Program-made: the position numbers and the translations under genes | Shown here: piece after piece, positions 19,349 through 30,141 of the stretch | Layout of the letters: each line of letters starts with the position of its first letter | Position numbering within the stretch: the stretch's first letter is position 1 | The notes under the pieces: model-generated | Databases searched by the model: none | Told to the model about the DNA's origin: nothing | What the model saw: only the letters and a program-made list of their open reading frames with translations | Assembly (NCBI GenBank): GCA_964407355.1 | Contig: CAYOVM010000005.1 | Coordinates: forward strand, 2,390 to 38,246 | DNA length: 35,857 bases | Origin: an uncultured Enterobacteriaceae bacterium | Lineage (GTDB): Bacteria; Pseudomonadota; Gammaproteobacteria; Burkholderiales; SG8-39 | Direction: 5' to 3'

Positions 19349-20491
19349 ATGCTGTCGACCAGGCTTCTATCCAGGATCGCCGGCGCCGTTTTCCCGGCGC
19401 TTCTCGCCGGCGCCGCCTGCGCCGAGCCCGGCATCACCGCGGACAAAGTCATCATCGGCCAGGCCGCCGGCTTCACCGGCTCGGTGGCCGGCACCGTGAA
19501 GGAGCTGACCGCCGGGGCCCAGGCTTATTTCGACTACGTCAACAAGAAGGGCGGCATCCACGGCCGCAAGATCGTGCTCGAGTCGATGGACGACAGCTTC
19601 GATCCGAAGAAGACCCCGGAGGTCTTCAAGGAGCTGATCACGAAGAAGAACGTCTTCGCCATGTTCCTTTCGCGCGGCACGCCGACGACCGAGGCGAGCT
19701 TCGCCGTGCTCGAGGCGGAGAAGGTGCCGCTCGTCGGCCCGTCGACCGGCGCGATGTCGATGTACAACCCGCCGCGCAAGTACGTCTTCCCGGTGCGGGC
19801 GAGCTACCACTCCGAGGGCATCAAGATCATCCCGCAGCTCGTCAACATGGGGATCAACCGCATCGCGCTGATGTACGTCGACGACTCCTTCGGCAAGGAC
19901 GGCCTCGCCGGCCTGCAGCAGGCGATGAAGGACAACAACCTCACGCCGGTGGCGGTCGCCACCCATCCGCGCGGCGGGGTCAAGATCGAGGAGGCGGTCG
20001 CGACCATCGCGAAAGCCGATCCGCAGGCGATCGTCATGGTCACGCTGCTCGACGCGGGCGTCGCCTTCGTGAAGGCGATGAAGAAGACCGGCAAGAACCC
20101 GGTGTTCATCACGCTCTCGAACAACAGCTCCAATGCCTTCATCAAGAACCTCGGGGACGACGGCTGGGGCGTCGCGGTGAGCCAGGTCTCGCCGTTTCCC
20201 TTCTCGCGCACGATGCTCATCACCAAGGAGTTCCAGGAGGTCATCGCCGGCCGGCAGGACGTCGCGCCCTCGTACTCCTCGATGGAAGGGTTCATCGCGG
20301 CCAAGGTCCTGGTGGAAGGGCTCCGGCGCGCCGGCCCGAAGCCGACGCGCGAGAAGCTGATCGCCGGCCTCGAGTCGCTGAGCAAGTTCGACATGGGCGG
20401 CGTCGACGTCAGCTACGGGCCGGATCTCAGGGCCGGCACGAGCTTCATCGACCTCACCATCATCAGCAAGAACGGCAAGTTCGTCCGTTAG
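19349..20491 (+). CDS. ABC transporter substrate-binding protein, LivJ/branched-chain amino acid family
   Basis: 380 aa, AGGAGG RBS. Signal peptide, IIGQ, N.KGGIHGRKI.L...DD, VRASY..E, EGFIAAK. No permease or ATPase adjacent. Confidence 0.88.
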   Translation: MLSTRLLSRIAGAVFPALLAGAACAEPGITADKVIIGQAAGFTGSVAGTVKELTAGAQAYFDYVNKKGGIHGRKIVLESMDDSFDPKKTPEVFKELITKKNVFAMFLSRGTPTTEASFAVLEAEKVPLVGPSTGAMSMYNPPRKYVFPVRASYHSEGIKIIPQLVNMGINRIALMYVDDSFGKDGLAGLQQAMKDNNLTPVAVATHPRGGVKIEEAVATIAKADPQAIVMVTLLDAGVAFVKAMKKTGKNPVFITLSNNSSNAFIKNLGDDGWGVAVSQVSPFPFSRTMLITKEFQEVIAGRQDVAPSYSSMEGFIAAKVLVEGLRRAGPKPTREKLIAGLESLSKFDMGGVDVSYGPDLRAGTSFIDLTIISKNGKFVR

Positions 20492-20531
20492 TCGCGGAAG
20501 AGGTAAAGTCGCGGCGTAGAGCCGACCGGAG

Positions 20532-21743
20532 ATGCCGATGGACCGACGCCACTTTCTGACCCGCCTGTCCGCCACAGGCGCCGCCGCCGCCCTGGGCGAT
20601 GCGCTCGCGCAGGCGCCGGCGACCGGCGCCGCGCCCGCCGTCCCGCCCGGGACGATCGACAACGATTTCATCAAGAAAGACAAGTCGCCGGCGATGCAAT
20701 GGCACTCCGAGCGCCCGCTCACCGGCAGCGTTCCCGCGCACGAGCACGACTTCGAGGTGACGCCCACCGAGCGCATGTTCGTGCGGAACAACCTGCTCGT
20801 GCCGCAGATCGACCTGAGAAACCATCGCCTCAAGATCACGGGTCTCGTCGACAAGGAGCTCGAGCTGCCGGTGCTCGAGCTGCCGAAGATGTTCAGGACG
20901 GTGACGATCCAGGGAATGCTCGAGTGCGCCGGCTCGGGCCGCTCGTCGTTCCAGCCCGCCCCGAGCGGCACACCGTGGACTCCGACCGGCGGCATGGGAT
21001 GCCCGCAATGGGGCGGCGTGCGGCTCGCCGACGTGCTGCGGGCGGCCGGCGTGAAGCCGGGCGCGGCGCATGTCGCCGGCCAGGGCGGCGATCCGGGCAT
21101 GGTGGCTACCGCGGCGCCCGTGATCCGCTCGATCCCGCTGTCGAAAGCGATGGAGGAAAACACCCTCATCGCCTGGGCGATGAACGGCGAGCCGCTGCCC
21201 TGGGTGCACGGCCATCCGCTGCGCCTCGTGGTGCCGGGCTGGGTCGGCTCGGCGTCGACCAAATGGCTGCACACGCTCACGGTGCTGGAGACGCCGTTCA
21301 AGGGCACGTACATGGACAGCAGCTACGTCGTCCCCAGGTTCCCGGTGGAGCCCGGGCAGAAAATGCCCGCCGGGACGCTCTCCACGCAGGCGTGGCCGGT
21401 GAAGTCGATCATCACCTCGCCGGCGCCGAACGCGCGCATCAACACCACGGGCCGCCTGGTCGTCCGCGGCCATGCGTGGGTCGGCGAAGGCGCGGTGGAG
21501 CGCGTCGAGATCTCGACCGACGAAGGCAAGAGCTGGCAGCGCGCGACCCTCGCAGGCGCCAAGGACAAATATGCCTGGCGCAACTTCACCTACGAGTTCC
21601 AGCCCCGGCAGCCGGGTTATCAGACCTTCATCGCGCGGGCCTGGGACGACCAGGGCGGCGTGCAGCCGGCGGTGTCGACATGGAATCCGCTCGGCTATTT
21701 CTGGAATGGCTGGCATCGGGTGGGGGTCGTGGTTGAGGGTTGA
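20532..21743 (+). CDS. Sulfite oxidase family molybdoenzyme (SorA/SoxC-like), Tat-exported
   Basis: 403 aa. Tat DRRHFL, MFVRNN, Mo-ligand LECAGSGR, MNGEPLP..HG.PLRLVVPGW.G..S.KWL, VEISTD.G..W dimerisation domain. Confidence 0.92.
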   Translation: MPMDRRHFLTRLSATGAAAALGDALAQAPATGAAPAVPPGTIDNDFIKKDKSPAMQWHSERPLTGSVPAHEHDFEVTPTERMFVRNNLLVPQIDLRNHRLKITGLVDKELELPVLELPKMFRTVTIQGMLECAGSGRSSFQPAPSGTPWTPTGGMGCPQWGGVRLADVLRAAGVKPGAAHVAGQGGDPGMVATAAPVIRSIPLSKAMEENTLIAWAMNGEPLPWVHGHPLRLVVPGWVGSASTKWLHTLTVLETPFKGTYMDSSYVVPRFPVEPGQKMPAGTLSTQAWPVKSIITSPAPNARINTTGRLVVRGHAWVGEGAVERVEISTDEGKSWQRATLAGAKDKYAWRNFTYEFQPRQPGYQTFIARAWDDQGGVQPAVSTWNPLGYFWNGWHRVGVVVEG

Positions 21744-22290
21744 GGTTCTGCTTTTCACGGCACTGCTCTCCACGAGCGTTCTTTCCGAAGAAACCCTCAT
21801 CTCGGGTCCCGGCGCCACGCTGACCGAGAACAAGTGCAAGATCTGCCACGAGCTGCAGCACATCCGCCGCTCGAAGCTCTCGCGCGGCGAATGGGCCGAC
21901 AACCTGCGCAACATGAAGGAGCGCGGCACGCCGATGGATGACGCCGAGATGGCGGTCATCCTCGACTATCTTTCGACCTACTACGGCCGCGGCGCGGCGC
22001 CGGCGGCCGCGCCGGATACCCTCGCCGCGGCGGACGCCGACCCGGTCAGGAAAATCCTCGATGCCAACGCCTGCAGCGGCTGCCACGCGCTCGAGCGGCG
22101 CGTGGTCGGCCCCTCGTTCATGGAAGTGTCGCTGAAGTACCGCGACGACCCCGCGGCGAAAGGCCGGCTGAGCTCCAGGATCCGCCAGGGCGGACAGGGC
22201 GTGTGGGGCGCGGTGCCGATGCCGCCGAATCCGGCCGTGAGCGAGCCGGATCTCGATGCCGTGGTGAGCTGGATTCTTTCGCGAAAATAA
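21733..22290 (+). CDS. Diheme c-type cytochrome (SorB-like domain fused to c551-like domain)
   Basis: 185 aa from TTG overlapping the upstream gene end. Signal peptide; CKICH...NMKERG; CSGCH..VGPSF...WGAVPMPPN. Confidence 0.85.
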   Translation: MRVEVLLFTALLSTSVLSEETLISGPGATLTENKCKICHELQHIRRSKLSRGEWADNLRNMKERGTPMDDAEMAVILDYLSTYYGRGAAPAAAPDTLAAADADPVRKILDANACSGCHALERRVVGPSFMEVSLKYRDDPAAKGRLSSRIRQGGQGVWGAVPMPPNPAVSEPDLDAVVSWILSRK

Positions 22291-22304
22291 AAAGACCCGG
22301 AAAT

Positions 22305-22330
22305 GAAAAAGGGACCCGAAGGTCCCTTTC
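22305..22330. terminator. Probable bidirectional intrinsic terminator
   Basis: AAAGGGACC-CGAA-GGTCCCTTT stem-loop with A/T flanks, between convergent genes. Confidence 0.8.
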
Positions 22331-22357
22331 AGTCGAACGCTTGGCGGGTTCGCCGTC

Positions 22358-22600
22358 TCAGACGGCGCGCGGAATCGGCACCACGAAGTTCTCGCGCACC
22401 ACGTCCTTGCCGGCGATCATTTCCTCGACGCCGCGGCGCTCCTCGTCGAACACCACCTCGGCGAGCTTGCGCAACGTGTCGCGCGCCTCGTCCAGCGTGC
22501 GGCCGTGCGAGTTCACTCCCGGCAATTCCTCGATGAAGCCGACGTAGCCGTAATTGGCCTTCAGATAAACCGCGGTGAAAGCGATTTTGCCTTGTTCCAT
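22358..22600 (-). CDS. HicB-like antitoxin family protein (N-terminal domain only)
   Basis: 80 aa: FTAVY...GYVGFIEELPGVNSHGRTLDEARDTL. GGAGG RBS. Confidence 0.82.
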   Translation of the reverse strand: MEQGKIAFTAVYLKANYGYVGFIEELPGVNSHGRTLDEARDTLRKLAEVVFDEERRGVEEMIAGKDVVRENFVVPIPRAV

Positions 22601-22800
22601 TCGCGCCTCCTCGCTCAGAAGGAGACAGATTACGCCGATTGCCTTGCAGTTGTATTACAAATGCGCATCCGAATAGCACTTTAAAACTGCTGTGGTCATT
22701 CACACGACAAATTTATTGCGTCGCGAAAATTTGCTGCGGTGCTCGAATAAAAATTGCTGCGGCGCGCTTTTTTGTCTTCGCGTCTTCCTCCGTCGCGTCT

Positions 22801-23124
22801 TCATTCTTCGAGCAACTGTTTTTTTTCTTTTACTTTCGCCCACGCATCGGCGTCCGCCGGCGCGGGCTTGCGCTCGATGATCGGTGGCCACTTCTTCGCG
22901 AGCTCGGCGTTCTTCGCGATGAACTCGCGCTGCGCGTCGGGCACATCGTCCTCGGCGAAGATCGCCTCCACCGGGCATTCGGGAACGCATAGCGTGCAGT
23001 CGATGCACTCGTCGGGGTCGATCACCAGCATGTTGGGCCCCTCCCGGAAGCAGTCGACCGGGCACACGTCGACGCAGTCGGTGTATTTGCATTTGATGCA
23101 CGACTCGGTGACCACGTAAGTCAT
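22801..23124 (-). CDS. fdxA: 7Fe ferredoxin FdxA
   Basis: 107 aa: [22 protein letters not shown]...[13 protein letters not shown]. Confidence 0.95.
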   Translation of the reverse strand: MTYVVTESCIKCKYTDCVDVCPVDCFREGPNMLVIDPDECIDCTLCVPECPVEAIFAEDDVPDAQREFIAKNAELAKKWPPIIERKPAPADADAWAKVKEKKQLLEE

Positions 23125-23157
23125 AAGGTTTTTTTAATCAATAGTTTAGTGAACGGC

Positions 23158-23186
23158 TTGGGAAGGGGGGAGCGCGCCCCCATAAT
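23158..23186 (+). promoter_or_regulatory. Putative sigma70 promoter of trxA
   Basis: TTGGGA-17 bp-CATAAT, 31 bp upstream of the trxA ATG. Confidence 0.5.
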
Positions 23187-23217
23187 ACCGTCTTCGGCAA
23201 CACCCCCACGAGGAATC

Positions 23218-23547
23218 ATGAGCAGTCAAGACATCCGCCATGTCACCGACGACACCTTCGAGCCGGAGGTCCTGAAGTCCGACACTCCGGTGCTGGTCGA
23301 TTACTGGGCCGAGTGGTGCGGCCCGTGCAAGTCGATCGCGCCGATCCTCGACGACATCGCCAAGGAATACGACGGCCGGCTGAAGATCGCCAAGATCAAC
23401 GTCGACGAGAACCAGCAGGTGCCGGCGAAGTTCGGCATCCGCGGCATCCCGACGCTGATGCTCTTCAAGAACGGCAACGTCGAGGCGACCCGCGTCGGGG
23501 CCCTGTCCAAATCGCAGCTCACCGCCTTTCTTGACAGCAATATCTAA
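23218..23547 (+). CDS. trxA: Thioredoxin 1
   Basis: 109 aa with WAEWCGPC and IRGIPTL. GAGGA RBS; directly upstream of rho. Confidence 0.96.
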   Translation: MSSQDIRHVTDDTFEPEVLKSDTPVLVDYWAEWCGPCKSIAPILDDIAKEYDGRLKIAKINVDENQQVPAKFGIRGIPTLMLFKNGNVEATRVGALSKSQLTAFLDSNI

Positions 23548-23562
23548 AGGCCTTACGCTTTG

Positions 23563-23591
23563 ACCGCTTCCCCGGCTGTCCGGGGGGCGGT
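23563..23591 (+). terminator. GC-rich hairpin between trxA and rho (terminator/attenuator candidate)
   Basis: ACCGCTTCCCCGG-CTGT-CCGGGGGGCGGT with one bulge and one G-U pair. No clean U-tract follows. Confidence 0.4.
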
Positions 23592-23661
23592 GCTTCAAGA
23601 ACTTTAGTTTTAGTAACACTTAGCAACTTCAGCGCCGCAGTCCCAGGCGCAAATCCCGAGA

Positions 23662-25026
<1,365 letters not shown>

Positions 25027-25054
25027 GAAACCGGAGCCCGACGCCGATTTCCTT

Positions 25055-25083
25055 TTGCAATAAGCTCTTGTTTTACGTATACT
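25055..25083 (+). promoter_or_regulatory. Sigma70 promoter of the L31 gene
   Basis: TTGCAA-17 bp-TATACT, 34 bp upstream of the ATG. Confidence 0.7.
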
Positions 25084-25117
25084 TCGCGCCTTTTCCGCCG
25101 TCGCCAAAGAGACTTCC

Positions 25118-25378
25118 ATGAAGCAAGGCATCCACCCCCAGTACCAGCCGGTGATCTTCCTCGACACCAGCGCCAACCATTCCTTCCTGACGCGCTCCGC
25201 GATCGACACCAAGGGCCGCGAGACCATGAAGTGGGAAGATGGCAAGACCTACCCGGTGGTCAAGGTCGAGGTCTCCTCGGAATCGCACTCGTTCTACACC
25301 GGCAAGCAGAAGGTCATGGACACCGCCGGCCGCGTCGAGAAGTTCAAGCGCCGCTACACCAAGAAGCCCGCGAAGTAG
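25118..25378 (+). CDS. rpmE2: 50S ribosomal protein L31 type B
   Basis: 86 aa, Cys-free: MKQGIHPQY...[24 protein letters not shown]. Confidence 0.95.
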   Translation: MKQGIHPQYQPVIFLDTSANHSFLTRSAIDTKGRETMKWEDGKTYPVVKVEVSSESHSFYTGKQKVMDTAGRVEKFKRRYTKKPAK

Positions 25379-25397
25379 CACCCCGGGGCATGGCGCG

Positions 25398-27035
25398 GTG
25401 CCCCTCCTGAAGTTTCCCAGGTTTCAGCTGCCGCCCTCGCCGGCTGCGCTCGGCTGGATCGCGCTCGCGTTCGTGCTGCCCGGCCTCGCCGGGCACGATC
25501 CCTGGAAATCGCACGACGCCCTCGGTATCGGCGTGGCCTGGGAGATCGCGCGCTCCGGCGACCCGATCGTGCCGCGGATCGCCGATCTCGCGTGGCTCGG
25601 CGATCCGCCGTTCTACCACTGGATCGCCGCCGCCCTGGGCCAGGTGCTGCAGCCGCTCCTCGAGTTCCACAGCGGCGCCCGCCTGGCGAGCGGCCTGTTC
25701 ATGCTCGCCGCGCTGTGGCTGCTGCACATCGCGGCGCGCGACTGGAGCCTCGGCGAGGAGCGCAGCGCCACCACCAGCGCGGGCGCGCCGCTGCTGCTGC
25801 TCGGCTCGGTCGGCCTGATCGTGCACGCGCACGAGGCGCTGCCGGAGCTGCCCACCCTCGCCGCCTTGTGCGGCGCGCTCGCCGTCCTGCCCCACGCCGC
25901 CCGGCGGCCCGTGGCCGCCGGAGCGCTCTTCGGCGTCTCGCTCGGCTTCGGTTTCCTGTCCTCGCTCTGGCTCGCGCCGGCGGCGCTGGGTATCGCCGTG
26001 CTCGCGGCGCACTTCGTTTGCGACGAGTGGCGCACGCCGCGCGCGCTGCCGTTTCTCCTCACGGCTTTCGTCGTCGCGGCGGCGATTTCCGTGAGCTGGC
26101 CGATCGCGCTCTACCTGCGCTCCGGGGAGCTGTTCAACGCCTGGTGGCGGATCTCGCTGCAGCCGCACGGCGGAGCGCTCGCCAACCTGAACTACTTCTT
26201 CTCCACGCTGAGCTGGTTCGCCTGGCCGGCGTGGCCGCTCGCGCTCTGGGCGGGATGGGCCCTGCGCGGGCGCCTGCGCGACCCGCGCATCTTCGTCCCG
26301 GCGGTGTCCATCTGGCTGATGCTCGCCGGCCTCGCGTTCTGGGGCCCGCCGAACGACGTGAACCTCATCCCGCTGCTCGCGCCGCTCGCGTTCCTCGCCT
26401 CGCAGGGCATCCCGACGCTGCGCCGCGGCGCGGCGGCGGCGCTCGACTGGTTCGGCGTCGTCACGTTCGCCTGCTGCGCGATCCTCGTGTGGCTGGGGTA
26501 TGTCGCCATGCTGACCGGCGTGCCGCCGAGGATCGCCGCCAACCTCGCGCGCGCGGCGCCCGGCTTCGTCGCGCAGTTCCAGATCCTGCCGCTGCTGGTC
26601 GCGCTCCTGCTCACGGTCGGCTGGGTCTACGTGGTGTTCTTCACCGCGCCGGCGCCGATCCGGAGCGTGCTGCGCTGGGCGGCCGGGATCGTGCTGCTCT
26701 GGGGCACGGTGGCGATGCTGTGGATGCCCTGGGTCGACTACCAGAAGAGCTACCGCTCGGTGGCGCTCAAGCTGCGCGCCGCCATCCCGCCGGGCTCCGG
26801 CTGCATCGCCGCGATCTCGCTCGGCGTACCGCAGGCGGCGGCGCTTCACTACCACGCCGGGATCCGCACCCGGCCGTACGATCCGCTGAAGCCGAAGGCG
26901 TGTCCGCTCGTCCTCGTGCAGGGAAGCCCGCAGCATGAGGTTTACGCCCCGGCGGAAGGCTGGGTAAAGCTCGCCGAAGCCAGCCGGCCCGGCGACCGCT
27001 CCGAGATCCAGCGCCTGTATCGGTTGAAGAAATGA
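25398..27035 (+). CDS. ArnT-like (GT-C / PMT family) membrane glycosyltransferase
   Basis: About 545 aa from a probable GTG start (start uncertain). GHDPWK..D, PPFYHW, WFAWPAWPLA, LRRGAAAALDWF, DYQKSY; many TM segments. Confidence 0.8.
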   Translation: MPLLKFPRFQLPPSPAALGWIALAFVLPGLAGHDPWKSHDALGIGVAWEIARSGDPIVPRIADLAWLGDPPFYHWIAAALGQVLQPLLEFHSGARLASGLFMLAALWLLHIAARDWSLGEERSATTSAGAPLLLLGSVGLIVHAHEALPELPTLAALCGALAVLPHAARRPVAAGALFGVSLGFGFLSSLWLAPAALGIAVLAAHFVCDEWRTPRALPFLLTAFVVAAAISVSWPIALYLRSGELFNAWWRISLQPHGGALANLNYFFSTLSWFAWPAWPLALWAGWALRGRLRDPRIFVPAVSIWLMLAGLAFWGPPNDVNLIPLLAPLAFLASQGIPTLRRGAAAALDWFGVVTFACCAILVWLGYVAMLTGVPPRIAANLARAAPGFVAQFQILPLLVALLLTVGWVYVVFFTAPAPIRSVLRWAAGIVLLWGTVAMLWMPWVDYQKSYRSVALKLRAAIPPGSGCIAAISLGVPQAAALHYHAGIRTRPYDPLKPKACPLVLVQGSPQHEVYAPAEGWVKLAEASRPGDRSEIQRLYRLKK

Positions 27036-27047
27036 CCGCCTGAAAGA

Positions 27048-28472
27048 ATGAGCTCGCCTCTTCCCGCCCTCAGTCCGGCCGACACCAAATCCTGGAGCAA
27101 CCTCCTGCACCACGCCGAGAGCTGGCGCAAGGTGCATCTCTCGGACCTCTTCGCGAACGACGTCGCGAGAAGCGTGCAGTTCGTCGTCGAAGCCGCCGGA
27201 GTGCGCTACGACTACGCGTTCCAGCGCGTCGGCGCGATGACGCTGCGGCTGCTCACCAACCTCGCCGCCGAGCGCGGCCTGCCGGCCTGGCGCGACGCCC
27301 TCCTCTCCGGCGAGCCGGTCAACAACACCGAGAATCGCGCGGCCTGGCATACCGCGCTGCGGGCAGGAAGCTCGGCGCCTGCCGAAGTTCAAGAAACGCT
27401 GTCTCGAATCAAAAAACTCGCCGGGAAGATAAGAAGCGAAAAAACCTTCAAGCGCATAGTCAACCTGGGAACCGGCGGCTCGGACCTCGGCCCGCGGCTC
27501 GTCGCCGACGCCCTGGGCGACCTGGAGCTCGACGTGCGCTTCGCGGCCAACGTCGATCCAAAGGAGCTCGAGCGGGCGCTGCAAGGCGCTGATCCGGCGA
27601 CGACGCTGTTCGTCGTCGTATCCAAGACCTTCACCACCCAGGAAACGATGTCGAACGCGGCCGCCGCGAAGCGCTGGGGCGGGAGGCACTTCGTCGCGGT
27701 CTCTTCCAATACCGAGGAAGCGAAGAAATTCGGGGCGATGGAAGTGCTGCCGATGTGGGACTGGGTCGGCGGGCGCTTCTCGGTGTGGTCCGCGGCCGGC
27801 TTCAGCGCGGCCTGCGCGATCGGCTTCGACGCGTTCGAGGAGCTCCTGAAGGGCGCGAACGACATCGACCGGCACTTCGCCGAGGCGCCGCCGGAGAAGA
27901 ACATCCCGGTGCTGATGGCGCTGCTCGGCGTGTGGAACACGAACTTTCTCGGCGCCGCTACGCACGCGATACTGCCCTACTCGAACGCGCTGCGGCTGCT
28001 GCCGGCCTACCTGCAGCAGCTGGAGATGGAGTCCAACGGCAAGCGCGTGGACCGCCAGGGCCGCGAGCTGACGTACGCCACGGCGCCTGTGCTGTGGGGC
28101 GCCGAAGGCACCGTGAGCCAGCATTCGTTCCACCAGCTCCTGCACCAGGGCACGCAGACGATCCCGGCGGATTTCATCGACATTTCCGCCGACGCGGTGC
28201 TTTCCGCGAACCGGAAGGCGCAGGCGCAGGCGCTGGCGTTCGGAACCTCCGACCCCTCGCTGCCCTCTTACAAGCAGTATCCCGGCAACCGCCCCTCGAG
28301 CAGCCTCGAGCTGGAAAAGCTGGACGCGCGCAATCTCGGCCGGCTCATCGCCCTCTACGAGCACAAGGTGTTCGTCCAGGGCGTCGTCTGGAACATCAAC
28401 AGCTTCGACCAGTGGGGCGTCGAGCTCGGGAAAGAGCTCGCGAAGAAGATTCTCGCCAGGGACAATACGTAG
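27048..28472 (+). CDS. pgi: Glucose-6-phosphate isomerase
   Basis: 474 aa. GGSDLGP, SKTFTTQET, WDWVGGRFSVWS, QQLEMESNGK, QHSFHQLLHQGT, FDQWGVELGK. Confidence 0.96.
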   Translation: MSSPLPALSPADTKSWSNLLHHAESWRKVHLSDLFANDVARSVQFVVEAAGVRYDYAFQRVGAMTLRLLTNLAAERGLPAWRDALLSGEPVNNTENRAAWHTALRAGSSAPAEVQETLSRIKKLAGKIRSEKTFKRIVNLGTGGSDLGPRLVADALGDLELDVRFAANVDPKELERALQGADPATTLFVVVSKTFTTQETMSNAAAAKRWGGRHFVAVSSNTEEAKKFGAMEVLPMWDWVGGRFSVWSAAGFSAACAIGFDAFEELLKGANDIDRHFAEAPPEKNIPVLMALLGVWNTNFLGAATHAILPYSNALRLLPAYLQQLEMESNGKRVDRQGRELTYATAPVLWGAEGTVSQHSFHQLLHQGTQTIPADFIDISADAVLSANRKAQAQALAFGTSDPSLPSYKQYPGNRPSSSLELEKLDARNLGRLIALYEHKVFVQGVVWNINSFDQWGVELGKELAKKILARDNT

Positions 28473-28492
28473 GGAAACCTAGGAGACCGGCC

Positions 28493-28699
28493 ATGGACCA
28501 GGAGACGTTCAACATCAGCATCCGCAAGTTCCTCAAGATGGTGGGCGTCGGCTCCCAGCACGAGATCGAGCAGGCGGTGCAGAAGGCGATCGAGGGCGGC
28601 AAGCTGAAAGGCGGCGAGACGCTGCCGGCGAAGATGACGCTCGAGATCCCGGCGCTCGGGGTCAAGGTGCCGTTCGATGGCGAGATCAGGCTGAAATGA
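28493..28699 (+). CDS. Small conserved hypothetical protein (DUF6494-like)
   Basis: 68 aa MDQETFNISIRKFLKMVGVGSQHEIE. AGGAG RBS and typical codon usage; family name recalled, not searched. Confidence 0.75.
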   Translation: MDQETFNISIRKFLKMVGVGSQHEIEQAVQKAIEGGKLKGGETLPAKMTLEIPALGVKVPFDGEIRLK

Positions 28700-28733
28700 G
28701 CCGATTGAAATGAATGGGGGCTAGAATCCCTCC

Positions 28734-30125
28734 ATGAACAAGGCGCGGGAATTCGACCAGTCGGTCCTCGCCGAATTGCGGGCGCTGCTCGGCGAGCGCG
28801 TTTCCACCTCGGCGGCGGTGCGCGAGCACCACGGCAAGGACGAGTCGTACTTCCCGTACGCGCTCCCGGACGCCGTGGTGTTTGCGAGGTCGACTGAAGA
28901 AGTCCGCGACGTCGTGAACATCTGCCGCCGGCATCGCGTGCCGATGATCCCCTTCGGCGTCGGCACGTCGCTCGAGGGCCACATCCTCGCGGTCCACGGC
29001 GGCGTGACCATCGACCTGTCGCAGATGAACCAGGTGCTCGCGGTGCACGAGGAAGACCTCGACGCCGTGGTGCAGGCCGGCGTCACGCGCAAGCAGCTGA
29101 ACGAGCACATCAAGCACACCGGGCTCTTCTTCCCGATCGACCCCGGCGCCGACGCGACCATCGGCGGCATGACCGCGACACGCGCCTCCGGCACCAACGC
29201 CGTGCGCTACGGCACGATGCGCGAGAACGTGCTGTCGATGAAAGTCGTCCTCGCCGACGGCCGGATCATCCAGACCTCGAGCCGCGCCAAAAAATCCGCG
29301 GCCGGCTACGACCTGACCCGGCTTTTCGTCGGCTCCGAGGGCACGCTCGGCATCATCACCGAGGTGACGGTCAAGCTCTACGCGGTGCAGGAAGCGATGT
29401 CGGCGGCGGTCTGCGCCTTCGACAGCGTGGACGGCTGCACGAAAACGGTGATCCAGACCATCCAGGCGGGCATCCCGGTCGCGCGCAGCGAGATCCTGTG
29501 CGAGAAGACGATGGACGCGATCAACAAGTACAAGAAGACGAGCTATCGCGTCGCGCCGACGCTGTTCTTCGAGTTCCACGGCTCGAAGGCGAGCGTGCGG
29601 GAGCAGGCGGAGACGGTGCAGGAGATCGCGAAGGAGAACGGCGGCAGGGATTTCGTCTGGGCCACGCGCCCCGAGGAGCGCACCCAGCTCTGGGAAGCGC
29701 GCCACCACGCGTACTTCGCCGGCCTGCAGATCCGGCCCGGCTCGCGCGCGGTGTCCACCGACGTGTGCGTGCCGATCTCGCGCCTCGCCGAGTGCGTGCG
29801 CGAGACGATGGAGGACGTGAAGGACTACATCGCGCCGGTGCCGCTGCTCGGCCACGTCGGCGACGGCAACTTCCACCTCATGTTCCTGGTGGACCCGGGC
29901 AAGCCCGAGCAGACCGAGCTCGCCAAGACGTTCAACAAACGCCTGGTCGAGCGCGCCCTGCGCATGGAGGGCACCTGCACCGGCGAGCACGGCGTCGGCA
30001 TGGGCAAGCAGGGCTCGCTGCGCGCGGAGCTGGGCGACGACGTGATGGACGTGATGCGCGACATCAAGCGGCTCTTCGATCCGGAAAACCTCATGAATCC
30101 CGGCAAGGTCGTTTCTTTTTCCTGA
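28734..30125 (+). CDS. FAD-linked oxidase, D-lactate dehydrogenase/GlcD family
   Basis: 463 aa. PFGVGTSLEGH, PIDPGADATIGGM, GYDLTRLFVGSEGTLG, GHVGDGNFH, TGEHGVG, MNPGK. Confidence 0.93.
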   Translation: MNKAREFDQSVLAELRALLGERVSTSAAVREHHGKDESYFPYALPDAVVFARSTEEVRDVVNICRRHRVPMIPFGVGTSLEGHILAVHGGVTIDLSQMNQVLAVHEEDLDAVVQAGVTRKQLNEHIKHTGLFFPIDPGADATIGGMTATRASGTNAVRYGTMRENVLSMKVVLADGRIIQTSSRAKKSAAGYDLTRLFVGSEGTLGIITEVTVKLYAVQEAMSAAVCAFDSVDGCTKTVIQTIQAGIPVARSEILCEKTMDAINKYKKTSYRVAPTLFFEFHGSKASVREQAETVQEIAKENGGRDFVWATRPEERTQLWEARHHAYFAGLQIRPGSRAVSTDVCVPISRLAECVRETMEDVKDYIAPVPLLGHVGDGNFHLMFLVDPGKPEQTELAKTFNKRLVERALRMEGTCTGEHGVGMGKQGSLRAELGDDVMDVMRDIKRLFDPENLMNPGKVVSFS

Positions 30126-30141
30126 TCGTTCTTTTATTCGG

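Noticed and set aside
25118-25378. Zinc-starvation paralogue of L31
   Set aside because: Type B L31 after rho is the normal arrangement in Betaproteobacteria. No Zur box or L36 paralogue was seen.
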